A DNA stretch of 62,933 nucleotides, filler included, from Octopus bimaculoides (Eukaryota), in the NCBI RefSeq assembly GCF_001194135.2. It is 7 parts of 7 records of this genome, joined end to end, with 100 filler letters (N's around TTAATTAATTAA, not from the genome) between each part and the next. Parts side by side here need not be neighbours in the genome. Positions count along the whole stretch, not along the records: positions 30,859 to 40,345 come from NC_069009.1; positions 40,446 to 49,480 come from NC_068989.1; 5 more parts are not named here. One strand, 5' to 3'. The notes under the pieces were generated by a model, which saw only the letters and a program-made list of their open reading frames with translations, searched no databases and was not told the origin of the DNA. Position numbers and translations under genes: made by a program. Shown here in pieces: positions 37,946 through 47,888 of this stretch (positions are counted from its first letter, which is position 1; every line of letters starts with the position of its first letter).

Positions 37946-38706
37946 AATAATAATAATAGTAATAATAATAATAATCCTTTCTATTATAGACACAAGGCCT
38001 GAAATTTTGGGAGAGGGACTAGTTGATAACATCGACCCCAGTGCTTCACTGGTACTTATTTTATGAACTCCAAAAGGATGAAGGATAAAGTCGGCCTCGG
38101 CGGAATTTGAACTCCGAATATAAAGGCGGTCAAAATACTGCGAAGCAGTTTGTCCGGCGCGCTAACAGTTCTGCCAGCTTACCGCCTCGTAATAATAACA
38201 ATAACAATAATATAATAATAATAATAATAATAATAGCAATAATAATAATACAAACTTTTAGCACAAGGCCAGCAGGGAGGGAGTAAGTCGATTAGATCGA
38301 CCCAGTACTCAATTGGTAGTTATTTTAATGGCCCTGAAAGGATGAAAGGCAAAGTCAACTTCGGTGGCATTTGAACTCAGAACGTAAAAACACAGGAAAT
38401 ACCACTAAGCAGTTTACCCCGTGTGCTAACGATTCCGCCAGCTCACCATATTTCATACAGAGTTAATATTATTAATACTAATTTCACCAAAAGCGACCGC
38501 TAGTACTGCAGAGAACTTTGTTCCACTCCCATTTTGCCAAATTTTTTAAAAGCAAAATGAAAGCAGAATAACATCAAATGCCAGCGACATTTTTTCCAAG
38601 TCTTTTATAGAATTCTTTCGTACACAATACTTCGATGCCATTAAAAATGGTAGAAAGAGAAAAGAAGAAAAAAAAAGTTTCATGACATAAGTGTTTCTGC
38701 TGCATA

Positions 38707-38884
38707 ATGGAATTTGGAAGAAGAATTGGAAGAAGAAGAAGAAGAAGCAGAAGAAGAAGAAGAATTGGAAGAAGAAGAAGAAGAAGAAGAAGCAAAAGAA
38801 GAAGAAGAATTGGAAGAAGAAGAAGAAGAAGAAGAAGCAAAAGAAGAAGAAGAATTGGAAGAAGAAGAAGAAGAAGAAGAAGAA
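38707..38884 (+). repeat. (GAA)n array with a ~45-bp higher-order unit
   Basis: GAATTG(GAA)8 GCAAAA(GAA)3-type unit repeated about 3 times, running into a gap. Confidence 0.85.
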
Positions 38885-39808
38885 NNNNNNNNNNNNNNNN
38901 NNNNNNNNNNNNNNNNNNNNNNNNNNNNNNNNNNNNNNNNNNNNNNNNNNNNNNNNNNNNNNNNNNNNNNNNNNNNNNNNNNNNNNNNNNNNNNNNNNNN
39001 NNNNNNNNNNNNNNNNNNNNNNNNNNNNNNNNNNNNNNNNNNNNNNNNNNNNNNNNNNNNNNNNNNNNNNNNNNNNNNNNNNNNNNNNNNNNNNNNNNNN
39101 NNNNNNNNNNNNNNNNNNNNNNNNNNNNNNNNNNNNNNNNNNNNNNNNNNNNNNNNNNNNNNNNNNNNNNNNNNNNNNNNNNNNNNNNNNNNNNNNNNNN
39201 NNNNNNNNNNNNNNNNNNNNNNNNNNNNNNNNNNNNNNNNNNNNNNNNNNNNNNNNNNNNNNNNNNNNNNNNNNNNNNNNNNNNNNNNNNNNNNNNNNNN
39301 NNNNNNNNNNNNNNNNNNNNNNNNNNNNNNNNNNNNNNNNNNNNNNNNNNNNNNNNNNNNNNNNNNNNNNNNNNNNNNNNNNNNNNNNNNNNNNNNNNNN
39401 NNNNNNNNNNNNNNNNNNNNNNNNNNNNNNNNNNNNNNNNNNNNNNNNNNNNNNNNNNNNNNNNNNNNNNNNNNNNNNNNNNNNNNNNNNNNNNNNNNNN
39501 NNNNNNNNNNNNNNNNNNNNNNNNNNNNNNNNNNNNNNNNNNNNNNNNNNNNNNNNNNNNNNNNNNNNNNNNNNNNNNNNNNNNNNNNNNNNNNNNNNNN
39601 NNNNNNNNNNNNNNNNNNNNNNNNNNNNNNNNNNNNNNNNNNNNNNNNNNNNNNNNNNNNNNNNNNNNNNNNNNNNNNNNNNNNNNNNNNNNNNNNNNNN
39701 NNNNNNNNNNNNNNNNNNNNNNNNNNNNNNNNNNNNNNNNNNNNNNNNNNNNNNNNNNNNNNNNNNNATATATATATATATATATATATCTGTCTTCTTA
39801 CTTGAGTG

Positions 39809-39867
<59 letters not shown>

Positions 39868-39959
39868 AATGCGCATAATATATATACATATATGTGTGTG
39901 TGTGTGTATGTGTGTGTGTTTATATATATATATGTAATGTATGTGTGTGTGTGCGTATA

Positions 39960-39994
<35 letters not shown>

Positions 39995-40017
39995 AGTCAG
40001 ACAGAGAGAAGAGTGAG

Positions 40018-40050
<33 letters not shown>

Positions 40051-40129
40051 TAGGTACATGTAATGTAAATTACATATCGAAACACACACATATATCTATG
40101 TGTATTTGTGTGTGTGTATATACACACAC

Positions 40130-40175
<46 letters not shown>

Positions 40176-40234
40176 GTAAATCACACATATACACATNNNN
40201 NNNNNNATATATATATATATATATACACATATAC

Positions 40235-40269
<35 letters not shown>

Positions 40270-40345
40270 CATATACGTATATATATACCCATATACGTAT
40301 ATATATATACACATATACGTATATATATATATACATATATATACG

Positions 40346-40445
40346 NNNNNNNNNNNNNNNNNNNNNNNNNNNNNNNNNNNNNNNNNNNNTTAATTAATTA
40401 ANNNNNNNNNNNNNNNNNNNNNNNNNNNNNNNNNNNNNNNNNNNN
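40346..40445. other. Artificial contig-joining linker
   Basis: 44N + TTAATTAATTAA (40390-40401) + 44N. Confidence 0.92.
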
Positions 40446-40479
40446 CCACCAAAAAAAAAATAGCATTGTATCAACAAGA

Positions 40480-41235
40480 AATATAACAGTAAAAAGTTTA
40501 CAAAAAGAAGAGAAAAAAAGTTTTGCAACAGCAGTCGGAAATCGAACCCGGCAACTCAATACAGAAAAAGAAGAATTATAAAAGTACACAAATATGTTAC
40601 AAAAAAGAAGGAACCACGGTGAAAGTAGAACCTTCACAGAGAGTGTTAGAAGTGGAAAAAAGAAAAACAATAATATTCAAAACGTACAACCTTAAAAGCA
40701 GGAAAATGGACAGAATGTCTGAAGAAACGCTGGAAAAAGTTTTACAGCAAATATGGTCCGATATTGAATACATAACTCGCGGCGAAAAGTTTGGCACAAT
40801 AAAGGTGAGAATGGTAAGTGAGGAAAATGCGCAATACCATTCAGTTGAAACTATAAAGACGGACGACGTGGCACTCGTAACCATATATATGGGAAGGAGA
40901 ACATCAGGAATTCGAATAGGGAGAATTCCACCGGAGGTGGACCCCCATGTGGCTGAAAGCAGCCGTAACTATGAACCTGGAGGAGAAAATCACACTCCAC
41001 CAGGCGACAGTTACAGATAAAATGAATTGGCACGGCCGAACAATTAATATGGTCGTACAGGCAGAGCCGCAAGCTCTCGAAGAAATACCAGAGAAAATAG
41101 AAATAGCAGAGGAGTCCCTCATAGTGTTTGTGGAGGGACGAAAACTAAGGTGCTTCCAGTACGGCCAGCTAGGACATATACGCTCGGAATGCAAAGAAGG
41201 AGATGAAGAGGAGGAAGAAGGAGAGGAGAAGAAAG
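40480..41235 (+). pseudogene. Tx1-type ORF1/gag-like copy 1 (RRM-like core, degenerate CCHC)
   Basis: KTIIFKTY...RGEKFGTIKVR...MGRRTSGIRIG.IPPE; frameshift; VEGRKLRCFQYGQLGHIRSEC. Confidence 0.8.
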
Positions 41236-41239
41236 AAAA

Positions 41240-42482
41240 CCAGACAGGAAGTAAAAGGAAAATACTCCAGACAGTACCAGCTAAAATAGGGCATTTGTTT
41301 TCTCCTTTCCTGCTCCGCTCCTGGTACCTTCTTCCTTTCTTCCATCTCCCTGAGCAGACTCTCCAGTTGCATTTCCAAACTTTCCTCCTCCACTAGAACA
41401 ACGGGTGTCCTCACCAATGTCTCCTCCTTGTGCAACATCTCGTTGAACATTTCTTCAGGTTCCTTTTCGCTCATTTTTTCCACCACCATTTCGTCTTCCT
41501 TCCTTCTGGTCTCCTCTTTTTCCATCTCATCTTTCTTGTTTTTCTGCTGCTCTGACGGAGAGCTTACTCTCCCACTTCTCTTTCTTTTTTTAAACACCGT
41601 GAACTCTCCTTTGCTTTCTCCTTTGTCTCGATCTGTACTTTCTTTCTCCTTCATCTCGATCTATTGCTTTCTTTCTCCTTCATCTCGATCTGTTGCTTTC
41701 TCGTTTATCTCGATCTGTACCACTTGATCCGTGCTCTCCTGCCTCTCCGATCTGTTGTTCCCTCTGGGGGCACCTCGCCTTCATGTGGCCCTTTTCCCCA
41801 CATGTATACCATATCGGCGGCCTTCCCTCCACCACCACTCTCAATCTTACGTCATCGAGCAGCACTATATCTTCGACAATTCTCTTTAGGTCTTTCACTG
41901 TTGCTTGAACGGTTAACCTATTCCATATCCCCAGTAGTTAACTCTTTTGGTTCTTGTAGCCTTCAGTATCTTGGCCTCCTCATTCATGTCATACATTATG
42001 GCTGTCATCAGCCATGCTTCTTTCAACTCTGTGGGCACTTTGCCAACTCGCACCCTGGCCACACGTTTGCCACAGCACGATGGCAAAAGTACCCATTCTT
42101 ATTGTCTCCATGGAGTGCTTAATTGCTTCTTCTTCTTATGTAAAATGCACCTCCACAGTAGCGTATTTTTTCTCTCTTGTTATAAATGTGATTAGACTTT
42201 TTATATTTTTTAAACATTCTTCAATAGCATCTATTGTCACTATTTCTGTTGTTCTTGTTGCTATCTTCATTGTCTTATATATCACCGTTTTTTCATTGCG
42301 TTGGTTGTCAGTGCCACAGGCGGCATTAATTTCAGTGTATTTCCGTCTCTTTCCAGCAACTTCTCGCATTCCTTCATTTGTCGAGGTTCAACCTTTATTT
42401 CTCGTACCTCCAGCGTTTCCACGTCAATCCCTTTTCCAGTTGCAGCCTCATAACTGCAGCCACCTGCTGGCATTTTCTCCAT
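41240..42482 (-). pseudogene. Tx1-type ORF1/gag-like copy 2
   Basis: TVIYKT...REKKYATVEVHF; VVVEGRPPIWYTCGEKGHMKARC; FTVFKKRKR; stops and frameshifts. Confidence 0.8.
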
Positions 42483-42641
42483 TTTCCCACAATGGGAATA
42501 AACAATTCAAAATAACACTAGCAACAATTTGAACAGTAACAGTCAAACAAATATTTAACACTATGAATTACTTCTAACATGGCAAAAACATCTCAAACCG
42601 TCTGTAACATAAACCTCCACCAAGGCAACACCAACGTGCTG

Positions 42642-42832
42642 ATTTTTTTTATTACCCACAAGGGGCCAAACATAGATGGGACATTACAAAACAATACAGG
42701 ACACATAATCGGGGAAATAAAAATACAGGAAGAAATCGAGTGAAGAAGAAAAAATAAAAAGAACGAATAAAAATATGAAAATAACAAAATGAGGCGCAAT
42801 GCCCACTCGACTCCCGAAGTCGAGTGGTTACA
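42642..42832 (-). mobile_element. Non-LTR 3'-UTR/poly(A) module 1
   Basis: On - strand it starts TGTAACCACTCGAC (hairpin) and ends GGCCCCTTGTGGGTAATAAAAAAAAT; paralogous to 43511-43694. Confidence 0.7.
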
Positions 42833-42967
42833 TTTAGACGTTATATTTTGAACAGTTTTTTTCTTCACCTTTAAAAATTCACATCTTCATTTTTAAATGT
42901 TCATATTTTACAATATTTTAAAACTTTCCAAGTCTTGTTGAATTATGGGTGGTAGGGTATCAAACAA

Positions 42968-43430
42968 TCACTTTGAACTCTCTCCCGGAATCTCTATCAG
43001 GTAGGAGACCCTTTCGATGTCCTTGAAAGTGACAAGAAGCCACACCTCGACGCCGTACCACCACCAGTTCAACTTGATGGTTTTTCCCACTGACACTATT
43101 TCAGGATTCTCATCGATGGTAGCCATAACAGCTGCTACCAACCACTCTGGCTTTATTTCTCGTGGCAACTTTCCAATGCGAATGCGTACACTTCGCCTGC
43201 CCCTGTATTTGGGCAACAGCGTCACCTTTTCACCACGTAAAATAGTGGTGGAATGTGAGGCAGCTTCTTCTTTGGTGGCAAACCTCACTTCCATCGTACC
43301 ATATTTTCTTCCTCGGCAAATGAAAGTGCCTCTTTCAAAAGGGATCCCAAACATGTCTCCACGTCATCCTCCGATAGGATCTCAATTTTATTGATGGTGA
43401 CCGCTTGCGTGCGGTACACCACCGTCTATC
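42968..43430 (-). pseudogene. Tx1-type ORF1/gag-like copy 3 (no CCHC seen)
   Basis: TVVYRTQAVTINKIEILSEDDVETCL; frameshift; RGRKYGTMEVRF...YRGRRSVRIRIGKLP.EI...WLVAAVM. Confidence 0.8.
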
Positions 43431-43510
43431 ACTCTTGTCCTCGACCGTTTCTTCTGGAGAGACTAGCTTTATTGCGTCTCCCTCCATTCGTATATATTAT
43501 TCACTTCGTA

Positions 43511-43694
43511 TTAATTACCCACAAGGGGCTAAAAATAGAGGATATATATTACAAAAGACAATAAAAACATATCATCGGGGAAATAAAAATACAAAAAGAA
43601 ATCGAGGAAGAAAAAATAAAAAGAACGAATGGAATTATGAAAATGATAAAATGAGGCGCAATGCCCACTCGATCCCCGAAGTCGAGTGGTTACA
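43511..43694 (-). mobile_element. Non-LTR 3'-UTR/poly(A) module 2
   Basis: Same boundaries and motifs as module 1. Confidence 0.7.
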
Positions 43695-43923
43695 ATGACT
43701 GTTCACTCGTGGTGGTGTTCAGACGTTTTCTTTTTTATTCACTCCGCTGAGAGGTATTGTGCTATTTTGTTGTATTGTTGAACTTTTTTTGTGTTAGTCG
43801 TAACAACTACTTGTTTTCTGCTGTGTCTTCCCCCTTGTTTCAAGGGAGAAAGAAAATTTTATTATGAATTTGTCATCTATTTCCTTCGAGGAGTGGGGAA
43901 ATTATGACATATTATTACAAGCT

Positions 43924-45594
43924 ATGTTGGTAAATATGCTTGAAGAAATTGTGACTGAGGAACAGGTGGAAGATGTGCCTGTTACATAGACAGAAGAAAA
44001 CATATCTGGTGAACAGGCGAAAAGTGTGCCTGTTTTAAAGGCGCAAGAAAATATTATACCTAGTAAACAGGCGGAAAAACCAAAAGTGAATTTTGCTGAA
44101 GCAGCAACACGTTTAAGTGAAGACATGAATATCAAAGAGAAAGAGCTACAGAAATATAAAGAGCTACTTCACAAGGAGGGATATGATGTTAAACTGGTCC
44201 CTCCAAGTGAGATAATGCATACAACTGAAAGGAAGACGTTGATTTACAAAACGTTTCACGTGAAACACAAAAAATAGACTCCGTGTCTAAAGAAGCAATA
44301 GAGAAGTGCTTAAGACCAATATGGCAGGAGACCACTTGTGTAGCCAGGGGAAGACGGTTTGGGACTGTGAAGGTTCGTTTTCCTAGCGAAGAAAAAGCTA
44401 GGGAACACTCCACAGTCACCCTAAAATCTACAGAGGTGGTTCTCCTGCCAACTTGCCTCGGAAGGCGGACTTCCAAAGTAAGGGTAAGCGAAATTCCACC
44501 AGAAATAGATGTAGTGTGGCTGGTGGCCGCCATCATCATGGGCCTGGAGGATAAAATCACCATTCACCAGGTAACCAGATACCATCACATGAACTGGATA
44601 GGACAGGCACTCGAAATGATCATCCAAGCCACGCCCCTCGACCTAGAAGAAATCCCCAATTCCATTTTAATTGGGGAGGACACTAGCCTGAAGATCCTGG
44701 TCGAGGGGCGCAAGCCAAGATGTTACAAATGTGGTGAGAAAGGCCACAGGGCAGAATGCGAGAAAAGAAAAAAGAAGACACACTACAAGAAGGGATAACC
44801 ACACCACCAGAAAGAACCGCACCACCAGGCAAGTCCACACCACCAGAAAAAGCAACCGCGGTGCTCTCACATACCGAAGAACAGCCGGCATCACGGGAAG
44901 ACACTAATAACCAGGAGTGGGTGACCGTTGGACTGTCAAAGAGAAGACGGAAACGTAAAAACCCCACCTCATCGGATACACTGACTTATGCACCCACAGA
45001 GACACGCGCAAGCACACACACACACTTACACACCCACTCACAAATACATACGCAAGCACACACGTATCCAAAAACATACACACTCACAAACACACACACA
45101 AATACATACGCAAGCACACACGTATCCAAAAAAAAAAACACACACTCACACACAAATACACACTCAACCACAAATACGCGGGCATCCACAAACACACACA
45201 AAAATACACACGCATCCACAAACACACATGCAAGCACATACGCACCTACAAACACACACGCATCTACAAGCACACACGCACCCTCAAACACACACGCATC
45301 AAGAAACACATACACACACACACTCCTCACTAATCGCCTATAAAAAAAAAGATTAACAACTTAACGGCAATAAACAACAATAACAAACTCTTAAAAGAAA
45401 AAATTCAAGAAATTACGTCAGCAAGATACAAAATAACAGAGACAATTTTAGTTCCGCCAAATGTTGAATTTTACACAATTGACAATACCGATTATAATGA
45501 AGGACGTGGGCCCGTTACAGATGAATTTCTCAAGTCATCTGTACAGCGACTTCAGAAACCAAAACACCTGAAGACAGGAAAGAAGAGGGTGTAA
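43924..45594 (+). pseudogene. Tx1-type ORF1 copy 4 (RRM-like, CCHC, basic patch, Thr/His-rich tail), frameshifted
   Basis: KTLIYKTF; RGRRFGTVKVRF; LGRRTSKVRVSEIPPE; VEGRKPRCYKCGEKGH; WVTVGLSKRRRKRK; followed by ORF2. Confidence 0.85.
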
Positions 45595-45635
45595 CATCCT
45601 CTCTCCTCTCAAAACAGTAAGTTTTAATTTTTTTA

Positions 45636-46236
45636 ATGTTCTCGTTTAAACTTGGTTGTTTAAATGTTCGCGTCCTGAGTTCAAATTGGAAGCAAGGCTG
45701 CCTCCTTTATGACCTCAGGTAGCATTGTTTGGATATAGTAGTAATTACCGAAACCAGACTGAGTGAGAAATTTATTTCTCGAAGCCAACCTGGATGGGGG
45801 TGGAGGTGTTGTGGTGCTATTCAGGAAAAATCTAGATTTAGAGATAAGAACTGTCTTTGTAGATCCGGAAGGCAGGCTGGTTGTTTTGGATGTGACGTAC
45901 AGCAGTGGTAAAGTGTTTAGGCTGGTGGTTGTCTATGCCCCCCCCCCACGTGAAGGAAAAGCTGGACAATATGACCACTTCAGAAGTCTACAGAATTCTC
46001 TGGGTACGTCGAACATGTTAGTATTGCTAGGTGACTTTAACACAATCTGCAATGCACGCGTAAATTATGTTAGCTCAAGATCGGATAGGGGCCGATACCC
46101 TTCCCTCAGCAGTCTGCTAAGTCGTTTTGAGCTGGCAGACCGATTCAGACTGGACCACCCAGACGTTCCATTGTGGACATGGGCAAATAACAATGGGTCG
46201 TCCAGATCTTACTTAGATAGGATTATTGTAAGAAGT
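45636..46236 (+). mobile_element. Tx1/L1-clade ORF2, APE endonuclease part
   Basis: MFSFKLGCLNVR; DIVVITET; FRLVVVYAP; LLGDFN; SYLDRIIV. Confidence 0.92.
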
Positions 46237-47888
46237 TGTAGTAACGCCTGCGCATGCGTAGTCTTACGCATGCGTAGAATTAAACAAGCAAGCGTCTCCC
46301 GCTCAAACAAACTCTTTCTCGCTGGCCAGCGATTGAGCATGGACGTGTGTTTAAAGCTGTCTCTACATCTTTCGGTCTTATACTCGGCAGCTCGTTATTC
46401 TCACCTCTAAAGATGTATAACTAAAAGATATGTATGTTTATCACCTAAATAAATGTTGTTTGAGTTGTTTAGTCTGGAGTTCAGCGTTCCATCTATTTCT
46501 TTAATATTTTAGTAGAAAGTCAGGTATACAATCTAAAGATGTATAACCCACTTTCTACTAAAGTGGTGACCCCCGACGAAGAAAAAACGCAGCATGAACT
46601 ACGGATTACCAACTTATAACTGGTGAACCTCGACTAAAGAACAAATACGGCCATGGAGACTGACTCATTACCAACATCTCCAAACATAGTCAACACGACT
46701 CAACAAGCGCGGTTTTTATTCTCGTCTCTGTTAGAGTGGATTTTTTCCACTCACGAAAATCAGACAGGAATTGCAGCCTGCGACTTACCAATTGTGTACT
46801 CAAAAAAAAACTTGGTATAAAACTCTCGAGTACTGACTTTTTAACTGCTGTGATATCTCACACACATATAGACGGCCTGTTTTTTATTATGTTTTTATAT
46901 GTCGCATTTCACACTCTCACATTACACATACATCTTTTATGCCACACAATAACTCTTGTTATTCTTTTCGCACGGTCGTTCTTTCATCTTGGGTTAAGAA
47001 AATTTTTCTTCGAGGTTTTCGCTAATGGTCGTACAGAAATTGTGTCTGTCGATCGTTCTGTAAAAGCGTACCTCTTCAAACACTCATCACCAAACAGCCT
47101 TTTCGCCACCAGCGTCGTGCGCCGACCATGATTACAACCGTGACTACAACAATTACTACTATCAATTACAAGCTTTACCCCCCGACGTCGCCAAGTTTCA
47201 ACTGAATCAATACCACCACACATACAGAACACAGCTATAGCAGTTCCTGTGCCGACGTCTTCATCAATGTACTCTATCTCGGTGTTTTGGGATTTTTTTT
47301 TTCGCAGTCTATACTACAGACACTTTCACTTGTTCTGTGTTTTTTTTCTCACACACACACTTGTGCACTCATACATTTTCTTTCCTTTCAGGGAAAACAA
47401 ACTCTCAGACTTTTACATCGCGTGATTCCAGTTTCCTGGACAGTTGTCATCACGGTTGTTTTGTCATTATCATTTCATTTATACGTTGCATNNNNNNNNN
47501 NNNNNNNNNNNNNNNNNNNNNNNNNNNNNNNNNNNNNNNNNNNNNNNNNNNNNNNNNNNNNNNNNNNNNNNNNNNNNNNNNNNNNNNNNNNNNNNNNNNN
47601 NNNNNNNNNNNNNNNNNNNNNNNNNNNNNNNNNNNNNNNNNNNNNNNNNNNNNNNNNNNNNNNNNNNNNNNNNNNNNNNNNNNTGTCTCTACATCTTTCG
47701 GTCTTATACTCGACAGCTCGTTATTCTCACCTCTAAAGATGTATAACTAAAGATTTGTATGTTTTACCAAGTAAATAAATGTTGTTTAAGTTGTTTAGTC
47801 TGGAGTTCAGCGTTCCGTCTATTTCTTTAATTTTATAGTAGAAAGTCAGGTATACAATCTAAAGATGTATAACCCACTTTCTACTAAA
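46237..47888 (+). mobile_element. Small, apparently non-autonomous LTR retroelement (5' LTR 46237-46562; 3' LTR partly in gap, visible 47684-47888)
   Basis: About 205 bp of near-identical direct repeat visible; TG start; 4-bp TSD AAGT (46233-46236, 47889-47892); removing it restores Tx1 ORF2 (DRIIVRS-KDK). Confidence 0.85.
46564..46578 (+). promoter_or_regulatory. Primer-binding site complementary to the tRNA-Trp 3' end
   Basis: TGGTGACCCCCGACG versus TGGTGACCCCGACG (complement of tRNA-Trp CCA end) with one extra C, 1 nt after the LTR. Confidence 0.8.

Noticed and set aside
40446-45594. Domesticated, functional host gag-derived gene cluster
   Set aside because: Every copy has stops or frameshifts, and copy 4 is followed by a LINE ORF2
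45634-45638. TAATG stop-start overlap as ORF1-ORF2 translational coupling
   Set aside because: Two earlier in-frame stops (45592-45594, 45625-45627) end the upstream frame first
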